Made by a program: the position numbers and the translations under genes
Notes under the pieces: generated by a model
The model's input: the letters and a program-made list of their open reading frames with translations, nothing else
Told to the model about the DNA's origin: nothing
The model's database searches: none
Shown: positions 40,973-51,662 of the stretch, in pieces
How the letters are laid out: each line of letters begins with the position of its first letter
Position numbering within the stretch: the first letter of the stretch is position 1
Source of the DNA: Limnochordales bacterium
GTDB taxonomy: Bacteria; Bacillota; Limnochordia; Limnochordales; DUMU01
Length of the DNA stretch: 64,000 bases
Direction: 5' to 3'
Assembly: GCA_014896315.1 (NCBI GenBank)
Contig: JADBKP010000005.1
Location: 149,140-213,139 of the forward strand

Positions 40973-43900
40973 TCAGTCTCCTTTCTCCGGTCCACCGCCA
41001 AGAATGGGTAACGGCGGCGAGAGGGGTTGCGGCGCGATCGGCACGGTGAAATGAACCAACGTGCCGGACCGTGGCGGCGAACCCGAAGCGGTGGCCTCCT
41101 CCGGGATGGCCCGGTTCTCCGCCCAGATTCGGCCGCCGTGGGCTTCCACGATGCCACGGCATATGGACAGGCCAAGGCCAGTACCGACAGCTTGCCCGGG
41201 ACGTTTGAGACGGTAGAAGCGTTCGAAGATGCGTTCGAGATCTTCAGGAGGGATGCCTGGGCCGTAATCACCGACGGTGACTCGCACGTGGGTTGGGTGC
41301 TGCTGATCCACCGCTGCGCTCACCTCGATCGCAGAGCCAGACGGCGAGTACTTGACGGCATTGTCGAGCAGGTTGACCAGCACTTGTTCGATAAGCCCGG
41401 GGTCAATCAAGACCGGTGGCAGGTCGTCCGGAATAGTGACTGTAAACGGGCGAGGCTCGAGTTCATCTTTCAGCCGTGCCAAAGCGCCGGCGACCACCTC
41501 TTGCAGGTCACAAGCATCCCGGTCCAGCTGCAAGCGCCCCGACTCGAGCCGGGCCATGTCTAGCAGATTGCCTACCAGGCGGTTCATCCGCAGTGCTTCT
41601 TCGCGAATGGTTTCCAACAAGTCACGGCGAGCTTTTGGATCATACATGTGCTCGTCCTCAAGTAGTGTGGTGACGGAACCTATAACGGACGCCAGCGGGG
41701 TCCGCAACTCGTGGGAGACGGAGTTAAGCAGTGCGGTGCGCAACCGGTCCGATTCGGCCAAGAGCTGGGCGGATTGGGCCGCCTCCGACAGTTGCACGCG
41801 TTCGATGGCAGTAGCTGCCAGTCCAGCCATGGCTTCGAGAAGGTGGCGCTGTTCGGGCGAGAAGACGGGTCCGCGACCCCTGCCTTTCGGCAGGAGGCTA
41901 CTGGCAGGGGCAGGGCCATTGCTGTCTTCGGGTCCGAAGGCAGTCGCGGGGCGCAGACCGAGGACTCCCACCACACCCCTGGCCGTGGTAAGGGGCAAGT
42001 AGAGCGCGCTGGCTTCTGCCAGCGTTTCAGTGTCTAAACCGGCCGGCTGTCCGTGAGCATATACCCATTCGGCAACGGCCAGTTCGTTATCGGGTAAAGA
42101 GGGAGGGTGGGAGGCGCCCTTCCTCTTCAACTGCAGGTGTCCAGATTGATCGGGTAACAGCAAGAGTGCTTCTCCGCCCAATGCATCCTGCACTCGCCTG
42201 ATTACAGCTTCGCTGACTTCGTCTGTCGTCGTCAGCGATACAGCCTCACGGCTCAGCCCGTACAGGGCGGCGAGCGTTGCCTCCCGCTGGCGGGCGTGCT
42301 CTACCTGCCGGCGCAGCCGCACACCCAGGGTGCTGGTCATCAGTCCGACCCCGAGGAAGACCAACAAGGTGAATAGATAGCGTGTCTCTGCCATTTGCAG
42401 GGTGTAGTACGGCTTGATGAAGAAAAAGTCTAGTGCCAGCACACTGGCAAAGGCGGCGACCACCGCAGGGCCTGAGCCGTAGCGCATGCCACTCCACAAG
42501 ATGGGTAATAGGTAAGCGGAGGCGAGATTGACCGGATCCATGAATTCCCGTACCCAGTGGCCAATGACGGTGACCAAGGCGACCAAGGCGAGGCTTACCA
42601 GGTAGGACAATCCCCGGAAGCGGAGCATATTCGCCTGGTGGCCGGTGCCGGTCGGTTGCACCGGGATAGATCGCTGCGGCGAAAGTAGGTCCGCTGGCGA
42701 CTTCAGGACGGCGGGTGCAGCCGGGGGGAGTTGGTGACCGTCCCCTATCGGGGTCAGGCCGGATCCTTCCGACCGCGCTGTCGTTGACGGCCGGTTGACT
42801 CCTATGCCCTGACCGGAGGCTGCCGGTTCACCTACGGCAGGCAGCGGAGCCACGTGCGGCGTCAGTCCCTCGCCCTTGATAATGTGAACATTGATAGCTC
42901 CGCTCTTGCGGATGATTTCGTCCACAGGCGAACCGTGCAACCACTCCTGCCAGCGGGGGCGGTCCGGCTTGCCGATGACGATCTGGGTCACATTCCGGGT
43001 GTGGGCCAGATGAACTATTTCGTCCGCCACGTTGTCGCCGTGGAGAGTGATGACCTCCGCACCTAACTGTTCGGCCAGGCGCAAAGTAGCTGCTACGCGC
43101 CGCCGATCTTCGGGGGACAGCTTGGCTTGAGGTCGCTCGACGTACACCGCCAACCATTCTGCCTGCAAGCCGGCGGCCATGCGCCGCGCCGCCCGCACCA
43201 GCTGGGCCGAGAGCGGACTGGGGCTGACGCAAACCAGCACCCGTTCACCGGCCGGCCATGGACCGGGAATCTCATGGGTGTGCATGTACCTGCGCAACTG
43301 CTTGTCGACGTGGGCGGCCGTGCGGCGGAGAGCCAGTTCACGCAGGGCGTTGAGGTTGCCCGGCCGGAAGAAATGGCGCAGAGCCTGCTCGGCCTGCTGC
43401 GGCACGTACACCTTGCCCTCCTTGAGCCGCTGAATCAGCTCCTCGGGGGGGAGGTCGACCAGATTGATCTGGTCGGCTTCATCCACGATGTAATCGGGAA
43501 CGGTTTCCCGTACCACTACCCCGGTAATCTGCGCCACGACGTCATTGAGGCTTTCGATGTGTTGAACGTTGAGAGTCGTGTAGACCGAGATCCCGGCCTG
43601 CAGTAACTCCTCCACGTCCTGGTAACGCCGGGCGTGGCGACAGCCGGGGGCGTTGGTGTGCGCCAGTTCATCGACCAAAGCAAGCTGAGGATGGCGGGCC
43701 AGCAGGGCGTCCAGGTCCATTTCCTGTAGCACTGTGCCGCGATAGGGAATCGACCGAGGGGGCAGCCGAGGGATCTTGGCCAGCATCGCCTCGGTTTCCC
43801 GGCGGCCGTGTGTTTCCACCCAGCCGGCTACCACATCAACCCCTTCTGCCAGGCGTTGCTGGGCTGCCTCCAGCATTGCGTAAGTCTTGCCCACTCCCGC

Positions 43901-44071
43901 TGCCGCGCCGAGGAAGATGGTCAGCCGCCCGCGCGGCGGACCTTCTTTTTCCGCGATCCGGGCGAGCAGCGCGTCTGGATCGGGACGCTGCGGGTCAATC
44001 CGGCTGGAGGCCGGTCGCGAAGGTTGAACAGTTGGGCCGGGCTCTGATACCCGCTCTACCTGCCTGACCAT
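40973..44071 (-). CDS. kdpD: Sensor histidine kinase KdpD
   Basis: GAAAGVGKTYAML, USP domain, 4 TMs, GAF, SHELRTPL, NLLDNAVKY, GTGLGL. Confidence 0.97.
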   Translation of the reverse strand: MVRQVERVSEPGPTVQPSRPASSRIDPQRPDPDALLARIAEKEGPPRGRLTIFLGAAAGVGKTYAMLEAAQQRLAEGVDVVAGWVETHGRRETEAMLAKIPRLPPRSIPYRGTVLQEMDLDALLARHPQLALVDELAHTNAPGCRHARRYQDVEELLQAGISVYTTLNVQHIESLNDVVAQITGVVVRETVPDYIVDEADQINLVDLPPEELIQRLKEGKVYVPQQAEQALRHFFRPGNLNALRELALRRTAAHVDKQLRRYMHTHEIPGPWPAGERVLVCVSPSPLSAQLVRAARRMAAGLQAEWLAVYVERPQAKLSPEDRRRVAATLRLAEQLGAEVITLHGDNVADEIVHLAHTRNVTQIVIGKPDRPRWQEWLHGSPVDEIIRKSGAINVHIIKGEGLTPHVAPLPAVGEPAASGQGIGVNRPSTTARSEGSGLTPIGDGHQLPPAAPAVLKSPADLLSPQRSIPVQPTGTGHQANMLRFRGLSYLVSLALVALVTVIGHWVREFMDPVNLASAYLLPILWSGMRYGSGPAVVAAFASVLALDFFFIKPYYTLQMAETRYLFTLLVFLGVGLMTSTLGVRLRRQVEHARQREATLAALYGLSREAVSLTTTDEVSEAVIRRVQDALGGEALLLLPDQSGHLQLKRKGASHPPSLPDNELAVAEWVYAHGQPAGLDTETLAEASALYLPLTTARGVVGVLGLRPATAFGPEDSNGPAPASSLLPKGRGRGPVFSPEQRHLLEAMAGLAATAIERVQLSEAAQSAQLLAESDRLRTALLNSVSHELRTPLASVIGSVTTLLEDEHMYDPKARRDLLETIREEALRMNRLVGNLLDMARLESGRLQLDRDACDLQEVVAGALARLKDELEPRPFTVTIPDDLPPVLIDPGLIEQVLVNLLDNAVKYSPSGSAIEVSAAVDQQHPTHVRVTVGDYGPGIPPEDLERIFERFYRLKRPGQAVGTGLGLSICRGIVEAHGGRIWAENRAIPEEATASGSPPRSGTLVHFTVPIAPQPLSPPLPILGGGPEKGD

Positions 44072-44085
44072 ATGTGTACCTCTCC

Positions 44086-44718
44086 CTACCGTTCGACCTC
44101 TGTGTGCCGGTCTCTAGCTTCTTCCTGGTTGCGAGCGGTTAGCCGGTCGAGGGCGAGATTAAGCTCCAGCACGTTAACTCCCGGTTCACCCAGGAAACCG
44201 AGTTGACGTCCCCGCAAGTGCTGGTAGACGAGATTCCGGATGATCGCTTCGTCCACTCCCCGGGCCCGTGCAACGCGGGGCACCTGGATCAGTGCGCCGG
44301 CAAGCGAGATCTCCGGATCGAGCCCGCTGCCCGAGGCAAGTGCCAGATCGGCGGGAATGGCGGCGTCGGCGGGCAATCCGTTTTCTTGCCGAACCCGGGC
44401 CGCTCGCTGCGCCACCTGCTCGAGCAGCGCCTTGCTGGTCGGCCCCAAGTTTGACCCGCCGGAGGCGGTGGCGTCATAGCCATTGCTGCCGGCTGCCGAG
44501 GGACGCCCGTGGAAGTACCGGGGATCGGTAAATCGCTGTCCTATCAGCTTTGATCCGACGACCCGGCCTTCCACCGTTATCAGACTGCCGTTAGCTTGCC
44601 GGGGAAAGAGGAGTTGGGCCAGCCCGGTGGTGGCCAACGGGTAGACCAGACCCAGTAGGAGGGTGAAAAGCCCGAGCATGATTGCAGCTTGCACCAGCAC
44701 GCTCGTCCGAAGTCTCAT
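44086..44718 (-). CDS. kdpC: K+-transporting ATPase subunit C
   Basis: [41 protein letters not shown]. Confidence 0.97.
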   Translation of the reverse strand: MRLRTSVLVQAAIMLGLFTLLLGLVYPLATTGLAQLLFPRQANGSLITVEGRVVGSKLIGQRFTDPRYFHGRPSAAGSNGYDATASGGSNLGPTSKALLEQVAQRAARVRQENGLPADAAIPADLALASGSGLDPEISLAGALIQVPRVARARGVDEAIIRNLVYQHLRGRQLGFLGEPGVNVLELNLALDRLTARNQEEARDRHTEVER

Positions 44719-44771
44719 TGCCTGCACTCCCTTATCTCATGAATAGCACGAATTGCGGGTTGTCGCATCGT

Positions 44772-46892
44772 TCAAGGTACAAGGTGCAACGCGACTACCA
44801 GCAGGTCGATCAGCTTGATACCGGCGAACGGGACAATCAACCCGCCCAGGCCATAGATCAGGAGATTGCGCCGCAGCAGTGCGGCCGCTCCCAAGGGCCG
44901 GTATTGCACGCCGCGCAAGGCGAGCGGGATCAACGCCACGATGATCAACGCATTGAAGATCACCGCCGATAGGATGGCGCTGGCGGGCGAGTCCAGGTGC
45001 ATCACGTTGAGACGATCCAGCACCGGGTAGGTGGTGGAGAACATGGCGGGGATGATGGCAAAGTACTTAGCCACGTCGTTGGCTATGCTAAACGTGGTGA
45101 GTGCGCCCCGGGTGATCAGCAACTGTTTGCCGATCTCTACCACCTCGAGCAGCTTGGTCGGGTTGCTATCCAGGTCGACCATGTTGCCGGCTTCCTTGGC
45201 AGCTTGCGTGCCGCTATTCATAGCGACTCCTACATCGGCCTGCGCCAGGGCGGGAGCATCGTTGGTACCGTCTCCGATCATGGCGACCAGGTGGCCCTCC
45301 GCCTGGTACTTGCGGATCACCTGTAGCTTGGTCTCCGGGGTTGCCTCTGCCACGAACTCATCCACTCCTGCTTCGGCGGCAATGGCGGCCGCGGTCAGAG
45401 GATTGTCGCCCGTGATCATGACGGTGCGGATGCCCATCCGCCGCAGTTCCGCAAAACGCTCTTTGATCCCGCCCTTGACTACGTCCTTGAGATGGATGAT
45501 TCCCAGGACGCGTGCTCCATCAGCAACCGCCAGGGGTGTGCCGCCGCTCTTGGCGACGTCGGCAGCTATTGCCAGAACCTCGGCGGGGATGGAACCACCC
45601 TGACGTTCTACAAAGGCTTTGATGGCTTCCACCGCGCCCTTGCGAATCTGCCGCTTTTGACCATCACTTCCCACTTGAAGGTCCACTCCGCTCATCCGAG
45701 TCTGTGCGGTGAAGGGCACGAAGGTCGCTCCAATCTGGCGCAGGTCGCGACCGCGCAGCCCATACTGCTCCTTCGCCAGGACGACAATGCTGCGGCCTTC
45801 AGGAGTCTCGTCGGCCAGCGAGGCCAGCTGGGCGGCGTTTGCCAGTTCAGCGGCGGTGACACCGGGGGCGGGGATGAACTCCCTGGCCATACGGTTACCC
45901 AGCGTGATCGTTCCTGTTTTGTCCAGAAGCAGGACATCCACATCGCCTGCTGCTTCTACCGCATGTCCGGAAAGGGCCAGCACGTTGCGGCGGACCAGGC
46001 GATCCATGCCCGCTATCCCGATGGCGCTCAGTAAAGCACCAATAGTAGTGGGCGCCAAACAGACCAGCAGGGCGACCAGCACGGGAAGGGAGACGGTGGC
46101 GCGGGAGTAGCGGGCAAATGGTTCAAGGGTGGCCACAGCCAGCAGGAAAATGATGGTCAAGCCGGTCAGCAGGACCATCAAGGCGACTTCGTTGGGAGTT
46201 TTCTGGCGTCTGGCCCCCTCCACTAGGGAAATCATCCGGTCGAGAAAAGTTTCCCCCGGGTTAGCAGTGATCCGGATCTTGATTTGATCGGAAATCACCC
46301 GGGTGCCACCGGTGACAGCGCTGCGATCTCCGCCCGCCTCACGAATCACCGGGGCGGATTCGCCAGTGATCGCGCTTTCGTCTACGGACGCGATTCCTTC
46401 CACGATTTCGCCATCGCCGGGGATGATATCACCCGCCTCGGCCAGTACCAGGTCACCCTGGCGCAAGGTAGAGCTCGGCACGATCTCGATGCGCAAGGAT
46501 CCGTCTGCGTTGGTCCCGACAATCTTCTTGGCTTTGGTTTCGGCACGCGTGCGTCGCAGGCTGTCTGCGTGTGCCTTACCGCGCGCCTCGGCGATGGACT
46601 CCGCGAAGTTGGCGAATAAGACAGTAAACCAAAGCCAAAGGGTGATTTGCGCATCAAATCCGAGCAGGGCTCGCCAGCCGGTGGTGATGATATTCTGCAG
46701 GACTACACCGGTCGTTAGCAGTGCACCCACCTCGACGACAAACATCACCGGGTTGTGCAGCATATAGACCGGGTTCAATTTCCGGAGTGAATCTCGGGCA
46801 GCCTGCCTCACCATGATGGTGGAGATCCCCTCCCGGTCTGAGGCCGTCTGCGATCGACGGGACGTATGCTTTGAATTCCGTGATACAGCCAT
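44772..46892 (-). CDS. kdpB: K+-transporting ATPase subunit B
   Basis: TGES, DKTGTIT, KGA, TGDN, GDGTND. Confidence 0.98.
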   Translation of the reverse strand: MAVSRNSKHTSRRSQTASDREGISTIMVRQAARDSLRKLNPVYMLHNPVMFVVEVGALLTTGVVLQNIITTGWRALLGFDAQITLWLWFTVLFANFAESIAEARGKAHADSLRRTRAETKAKKIVGTNADGSLRIEIVPSSTLRQGDLVLAEAGDIIPGDGEIVEGIASVDESAITGESAPVIREAGGDRSAVTGGTRVISDQIKIRITANPGETFLDRMISLVEGARRQKTPNEVALMVLLTGLTIIFLLAVATLEPFARYSRATVSLPVLVALLVCLAPTTIGALLSAIGIAGMDRLVRRNVLALSGHAVEAAGDVDVLLLDKTGTITLGNRMAREFIPAPGVTAAELANAAQLASLADETPEGRSIVVLAKEQYGLRGRDLRQIGATFVPFTAQTRMSGVDLQVGSDGQKRQIRKGAVEAIKAFVERQGGSIPAEVLAIAADVAKSGGTPLAVADGARVLGIIHLKDVVKGGIKERFAELRRMGIRTVMITGDNPLTAAAIAAEAGVDEFVAEATPETKLQVIRKYQAEGHLVAMIGDGTNDAPALAQADVGVAMNSGTQAAKEAGNMVDLDSNPTKLLEVVEIGKQLLITRGALTTFSIANDVAKYFAIIPAMFSTTYPVLDRLNVMHLDSPASAILSAVIFNALIIVALIPLALRGVQYRPLGAAALLRRNLLIYGLGGLIVPFAGIKLIDLLVVALHLVP

Positions 46893-47035
46893 GGAAAAGC
46901 GGTCACTCCCTTAACTGTTCCATCGTTGTGCCTTCGCTACTCAGTTCCATTGCCAAGCCTTTGTTGTTCGGCCTGACTCGGCCGGCGGTGGGTATCTCTC
47001 ATGCCAAACGGTCGGCACATATCGGAACACAATCG

Positions 47036-48748
47036 TCAGAATGCCCGGCCCGCCCACATCAGCAAGTGCTCCACGATGGGGCCAAGAGCCAGAGCGGGGA
47101 GGAAAGTAAGCGCTCCGACCAGAATGATCACCCCTGCCAGAAGGGCGGCAAAGAGCACACCCGTGGTGGGAAACGTGCCGGGACCAGCAGGCACCGCCTT
47201 CTTGGCTGCCATGTGGCCGGCAATGGCCAGGACGGGCAGAATCACTCCGAATCGTCCTAGAATCATCTGAATTCCGAGATAGAGGGTGTAAAATGGCGTG
47301 GTCGAGTCGAGCCCCGCGAAGGCGCTGCCATTGTTCGCAGCAGTGGAAGTGAACGCGTAAAGGATCTCACTGAGCCCGTGCGGACCGGGGTTCAGGATGC
47401 TCCCCGTACCGGCGGGTAAGACTGCGGCAACAGCGGTGCCGATCAGGATCAGAACACCGGGGATCAGGACGCCGATGGTCGCCATCTTCATCTCAAAAGG
47501 CTCGATCTTCTTGCCCAGGTACTCGGGGGTGCGGCCGACCATCAGCCCGACGATGAAGACGGTAACGATTACAAAAAGCAGGATGCCGTAGAGACCCGAC
47601 CCTGCACCGCCAAAGGCTACCTCCCCCAGCATCATCAGGGTCAGGGTAACCAATCCTCCCAGGGGCGTAAGACTGTCGTGCATGCCGTTGACCGCACCGC
47701 ACGAGGCGGCAGTGGTGACGGTAGCAAAGAGCGCGGTGCTGCCAATGCCGAACCGGATCTCCTTCCCTTCCAGGGCGGTCGGACCAGTCAAGCCCAGAGC
47801 TGCCAGCTGCGGGTTGCCGACCATTTCACTCTGGTAGATAAGGGCAAACGCTGCTAAAAAGATGATCAGCATCGCTCCGTAAAGAACCCATCCCTGGCGG
47901 GTATCGCCCACCATTTTCCCCAGTGTGTAGGTCAATCCGGCGCCAATGGACAGGATGGCGACCATCTCCAAAAAATTGGTGAGCGGAGTGGGGTTTTCGA
48001 ACGGGTGCGACGAGTTGGCGTTAAAGATGCCGCCGCCGTTGGTTCCCAGCACCTTGATGGCCTCCTGCGAGGCGGCGGGTGCGACGGCAATGCGTTGGAT
48101 CTCGCCCTCGAGGGTGGTAACCGTATGATAGGGAGCGAACGTCTGAACGACACCCTGAGAAACCAGGACCAGGGCCAACAGGAACGAGAAGGGCAAGAGA
48201 ATCCAGAGCACGCTGCGGGTCAAGTCAAACCAGAAGTTGCCGATCCCGTCGGCGTTACGGCGCGCCAGGCCGCGGATGAAGGCAATGGCTACGGCGATTC
48301 CCGTCGCGGCCGACAAGAAGTTCTGCACCGTCAAAGCGGCCATCTGGGTCAGGTAGCTCATGGTTGTCTCGCCGGCATACGCCTGCCAGTTGGTATTGGT
48401 GACGAAACTGGCCGCAGTGTTAAAAGCGATGGCGGGGGAGACAGCCGGCAGATGTTCGGGGTTGAAGGGCAAGACCCCCTGCATTCGTTGGATGAGGTAG
48501 ACGGCCACAAGGCCGAGGGCGTTAAATGCCAGCAACGCCCGGGCGTACTGTTTCCACGTCATCTCCTGATGACCGTCCACGCCCGCCAGACGGTAGAACC
48601 ACTGCTCCACCGGCCTTAACACCGGGTCGAGGAGCGTCTTTTCGCCACTAAACACACGGGCCATGTATCCTCCGAGCAGCGGCGTGAGCGCTGTTAGAGT
48701 TATTACAAAGGCGGCGACCTCGATTAGATCCCACGTTGCGTTTCCCAT
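47036..48748 (-). CDS. kdpA: K+-transporting ATPase subunit A
   Basis: SFVTNTNWQ, GTNGGG, SCGAVN, NNGSAFAG selectivity loops. Confidence 0.98.
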   Translation of the reverse strand: MGNATWDLIEVAAFVITLTALTPLLGGYMARVFSGEKTLLDPVLRPVEQWFYRLAGVDGHQEMTWKQYARALLAFNALGLVAVYLIQRMQGVLPFNPEHLPAVSPAIAFNTAASFVTNTNWQAYAGETTMSYLTQMAALTVQNFLSAATGIAVAIAFIRGLARRNADGIGNFWFDLTRSVLWILLPFSFLLALVLVSQGVVQTFAPYHTVTTLEGEIQRIAVAPAASQEAIKVLGTNGGGIFNANSSHPFENPTPLTNFLEMVAILSIGAGLTYTLGKMVGDTRQGWVLYGAMLIIFLAAFALIYQSEMVGNPQLAALGLTGPTALEGKEIRFGIGSTALFATVTTAASCGAVNGMHDSLTPLGGLVTLTLMMLGEVAFGGAGSGLYGILLFVIVTVFIVGLMVGRTPEYLGKKIEPFEMKMATIGVLIPGVLILIGTAVAAVLPAGTGSILNPGPHGLSEILYAFTSTAANNGSAFAGLDSTTPFYTLYLGIQMILGRFGVILPVLAIAGHMAAKKAVPAGPGTFPTTGVLFAALLAGVIILVGALTFLPALALGPIVEHLLMWAGRAF

Positions 48749-48811
48749 GACCCCTCGCACCACCTGTCGTTGTATCCGTCCCGAAACCTGCGCTGGCAGA
48801 CCCGGGCCGGG

Positions 48812-48901
48812 CTATAAGTCCTCCGCCCTAATCAAGGCCCAGATCAGGTAGAGAAGCAGGGCAGCCGCCAGCAGACCGCCGATGATTATTTCCGTGTGCA
48901 T
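48812..48901 (-). CDS. kdpF: K+-transporting ATPase subunit F (29 aa, not in the ORF track)
   Basis: MHTEIIIGGLLAAALLLYLIWALIRAEDL*, GGGAGGG RBS, directly upstream of kdpA. Confidence 0.9.
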   Translation of the reverse strand: MHTEIIIGGLLAAALLLYLIWALIRAEDL

Positions 48902-49026
48902 CGCAATATCTTGCCCTCCCCAAGGGGCTAAGATCCGCCCCAGCCTGTACGCTGCCTACAGTTTGCCGCGGCCGGCATCACTGGCCACCATTCGTTCGCC
49001 CACAGTTCCAATTCAATCAGGTGGGA

Positions 49027-49079
49027 AGTCAAGGGGATATCAAAAAACAGGACGCGAGTAGTCAAAAAGGCGTAAAAAC
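49027..49079 (-). promoter_or_regulatory. Putative KdpE-binding direct repeats
   Basis: Minus strand TTTTTACGCCTTTTTGACT ... TTTTTGATATCCCCTTGACT: two pairs of T-rich half-sites at 11-bp spacing, OmpR/PhoB style. Confidence 0.55.
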
Positions 49080-49244
49080 AGGATTCCGACCGTCTCTGGA
49101 TCCCCACCTTCTGCGCCTGTACCTGCCATTTCTAGCAACGAAGGTAACAAGGAGCGGTCCGTTCACCTGCCGAATACCGCATAGGATCTAGTAGCGCAGC
49201 GGAGGGGGGAGCCGGCCACGAAAGCGGCACTACGACCCATAGAT

Positions 49245-50051
49245 GTGGTCGATATCTTGATCGTTGCCGCGGTGCTCTACCGCCTCCTCGTACTCCTGCG
49301 CGGTACGCGGGCAGTAGTGCTCTTGCGCGGCTTTGCCCTCCTGCTGGGTGCGGCGGCAGCCAGTCGTTGGCTTGGGTTACGCACGGTCAACTGGCTGCTG
49401 GAGAGGGCCCTGACCGCTCTGCTGGTCGCCCTCCCGGTGGTTTTCTACCCGGAAGTCCGGCGGGCGCTGGAAAGGCTGGGGAGGGGAGAACTCTTCCGCT
49501 GGAACGGCCAGAGCTTCTGGCTTGCCAGCCTCTTTGGCCGGCCCGAAGAGGCGGGCGGTTTTCAGAAAGTGGTAGAGGCGGTGGTAAAAGCGGCGGGGGA
49601 GCTATCCCGGCGACGGGTGGGGGCGCTGATCGCTATCGAACAGGAGGTTGGACTGGAGGAGTTCGTGGAAACGGGGATTCGCCTGGATGCCGTGGTCACT
49701 CCCGAACTGCTGATAAACATCTTTGAGCCCAATACCCCTTTGCATGACGGCGCGGTGATCATCCGAAACGGCCGGGTGGTTGCTGCTGCCTGTTTCTTGC
49801 CCCTTGCCCGTCCCGACCAGGTTGAGCGGAAGATGGGCAGCCGCCACCGGGCAGCCCTCGGGCTGGCGGAGGAATCCGACGCGCTGGTGATAGTGGTTTC
49901 GGAGGAGACGGGCCGGATTTCCGGCGCCCGGGAGGGCAGGATCGATTGGGATCTGGGAGAGGAGGGGCTGAAGGAGTGGTTGAACAAGGCCGAGCGGAGC
50001 GAGGCCGGCAGGCCTGCCGCGGCCGGCGTGAGAGGGATGAGTCCTCACTAG
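49245..50051 (+). CDS. cdaA: Diadenylate cyclase CdaA
   Basis: 3 TMs, PEVRRALERLG, GALIAIE, TPLHDGA, GSRHRAA, VSEETG. True start may be an ACG at 49218. Confidence 0.95.
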   Translation: MVDILIVAAVLYRLLVLLRGTRAVVLLRGFALLLGAAAASRWLGLRTVNWLLERALTALLVALPVVFYPEVRRALERLGRGELFRWNGQSFWLASLFGRPEEAGGFQKVVEAVVKAAGELSRRRVGALIAIEQEVGLEEFVETGIRLDAVVTPELLINIFEPNTPLHDGAVIIRNGRVVAAACFLPLARPDQVERKMGSRHRAALGLAEESDALVIVVSEETGRISGAREGRIDWDLGEEGLKEWLNKAERSEAGRPAAAGVRGMSPH

Positions 50052-50227
50052 AGCGATCAGACTCATCGCCCGGGTATGAGTACTGGCGGGGACTCTGGGA
50101 GCGGCTTGTACGCTGGTGGGTGGCGGCGGACCTCTCATTGCGATTGCTCGCTTTGCTCCTGGCAATTCTGTTGTGGCTCCTGGCCCGGGGAGTATCGCAG
50201 GATCGGCTGATGGGTCTGGGAGTTTGA
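50036..50227 (+). pseudogene. Vestigial cdaR (TM segment only)
   Basis: DLSLRLLALLLAILLWLLA resembles the CdaR N-terminal anchor, sits between cdaA and glmM, stops before any YbbR domain; no clear start. Confidence 0.5.
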
Positions 50228-50300
50228 TGGGCAGGGCGCGGGTTCCTGTTGATCTGGCCTGACTGGAGAGAAGATGTGTAGTGAGAGTTGCAGGTGAAGG

Positions 50301-51656
50301 ATGATGAAACGTCTTTTTGGCACGGACGGCGTACGTGGTGTCGCAAACCGTGAGATCACCCCGGAGCTTGCTTTTCGGCTGGGTCGGGCTGCGGTGGCGG
50401 TGCTGGCCGCCGATGTAGAAAGGCCGCGCATTGTCGTAGGCCGGGACACCCGGGCATCCGGGGAGATGCTGCAGTCGGCGCTGGTCGCCGGTTTTCTCTC
50501 TGCCGGGGCCGACTGCCTGGATGCCGGCGTGATACCGACTCCCGCGGTGGCCTACCTTACCCGCCTGCGCCAGGCCCAGGCAGGGGCGGTGATCTCCGCC
50601 AGCCACAACCCCGTAGAGGATAACGGCATCAAGTTTTTCGGGCCGAACGGGTACAAACTCTCCGATGAGCTGGAGGCACGCATCGAGGAGCTCGTCTATG
50701 ACCTGGAGCGGCGGCAGGACCATCTGCCGCGACCGATCGGAGGTGATGTCGGCCGGCTGATACCTGACAAGCGGGCAGCCAACGACTATCTTGACTTCCT
50801 GCTCTCCTGTGCCCGTTTCCGCCTGAACGGCCTGCGCATCGTGATCGACACGGCCTATGGGGCGGCGTTCCGGCTGGCTCCCCGGCTCTTTAGCCGGTTA
50901 GGAGCGGATGTACTTGCTTTACACCTGAGCCCCAACGGCACCAACATAAACGTCGGTTGCGGTTCAACCCACCCGGAGCTGGCGGCGGAAAGGGTTCGGC
51001 AGGTAGGCGCAGACGTCGGCCTCACCTTTGACGGGGATGCGGACCGCCTGATTGCCATCGATGAACAGGGGAATATCGTTGACGGTGACCACATCCTGGC
51101 CATCTGTGCACTGGACCGGTTGCGACGGCAACAGTTGCCCGGCAAGGCGGTGGTCGCCACCGTCTACTCCAACCTGGGCTTGCGCAAAGCCCTGCTTGAC
51201 GCGGGAGGAGAGCTTCTCATCACCGGAGCTGGCGACCGTCAGGTGATGGAAGCCCTGCTGGCCCACAATCTGGTACTGGGCGGTGAACAGTCAGGTCATA
51301 TTGTTTTCCTGGAGCACCATACTACAGGCGATGGTATGCTCACCGCCATCCAGTTGCTGGATGTGATGATGCGGACCGGTCGGCGCCTCTCCGACCTGGC
51401 TGCGCAGATGCCTTCGTTTCCGCAGATGCTGGTCAACGTACGGGTGAGGACGAAGGAGAACTGGGATAAGATCCCGGCGGTGCAGGAAGCTTTGGCCCGG
51501 GCTCGAGAGACGCTGGGGGCGGAGGGGGAGCTTAATGTCCGGCCGTCGGGGACAGAGCCCGTGATCCGGGTCATGGCCCAGGGACCGGAGAGGGCGGCAG
51601 TGGAGGCCGCAGTGGAGATGGTCACGCGGGCGTTGGAGGTGAGCCTGGGGGTGTAG
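50301..51656 (+). CDS. glmM: Phosphoglucosamine mutase
   Basis: FGTDGVRG, SASHNP, DGDADR, GGEQSGH, RPSGTEP. Confidence 0.97.
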   Translation: MMKRLFGTDGVRGVANREITPELAFRLGRAAVAVLAADVERPRIVVGRDTRASGEMLQSALVAGFLSAGADCLDAGVIPTPAVAYLTRLRQAQAGAVISASHNPVEDNGIKFFGPNGYKLSDELEARIEELVYDLERRQDHLPRPIGGDVGRLIPDKRAANDYLDFLLSCARFRLNGLRIVIDTAYGAAFRLAPRLFSRLGADVLALHLSPNGTNINVGCGSTHPELAAERVRQVGADVGLTFDGDADRLIAIDEQGNIVDGDHILAICALDRLRRQQLPGKAVVATVYSNLGLRKALLDAGGELLITGAGDRQVMEALLAHNLVLGGEQSGHIVFLEHHTTGDGMLTAIQLLDVMMRTGRRLSDLAAQMPSFPQMLVNVRVRTKENWDKIPAVQEALARARETLGAEGELNVRPSGTEPVIRVMAQGPERAAVEAAVEMVTRALEVSLGV

Positions 51657-51662
51657 AGGCCT

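Noticed and set aside
40971-41162. N-terminal extension of the KdpE ORF, and similar extensions on SGNH, leuB, acpS, nnr and the flavodoxin-like gene
   Set aside because: Longest-ORF artefacts; downstream starts with RBS fit the families better.
48902-49200. c-di-AMP (ydaO) riboswitch ahead of kdpF
   Set aside because: The characteristic conserved ydaO sequence blocks were not found on the minus strand.
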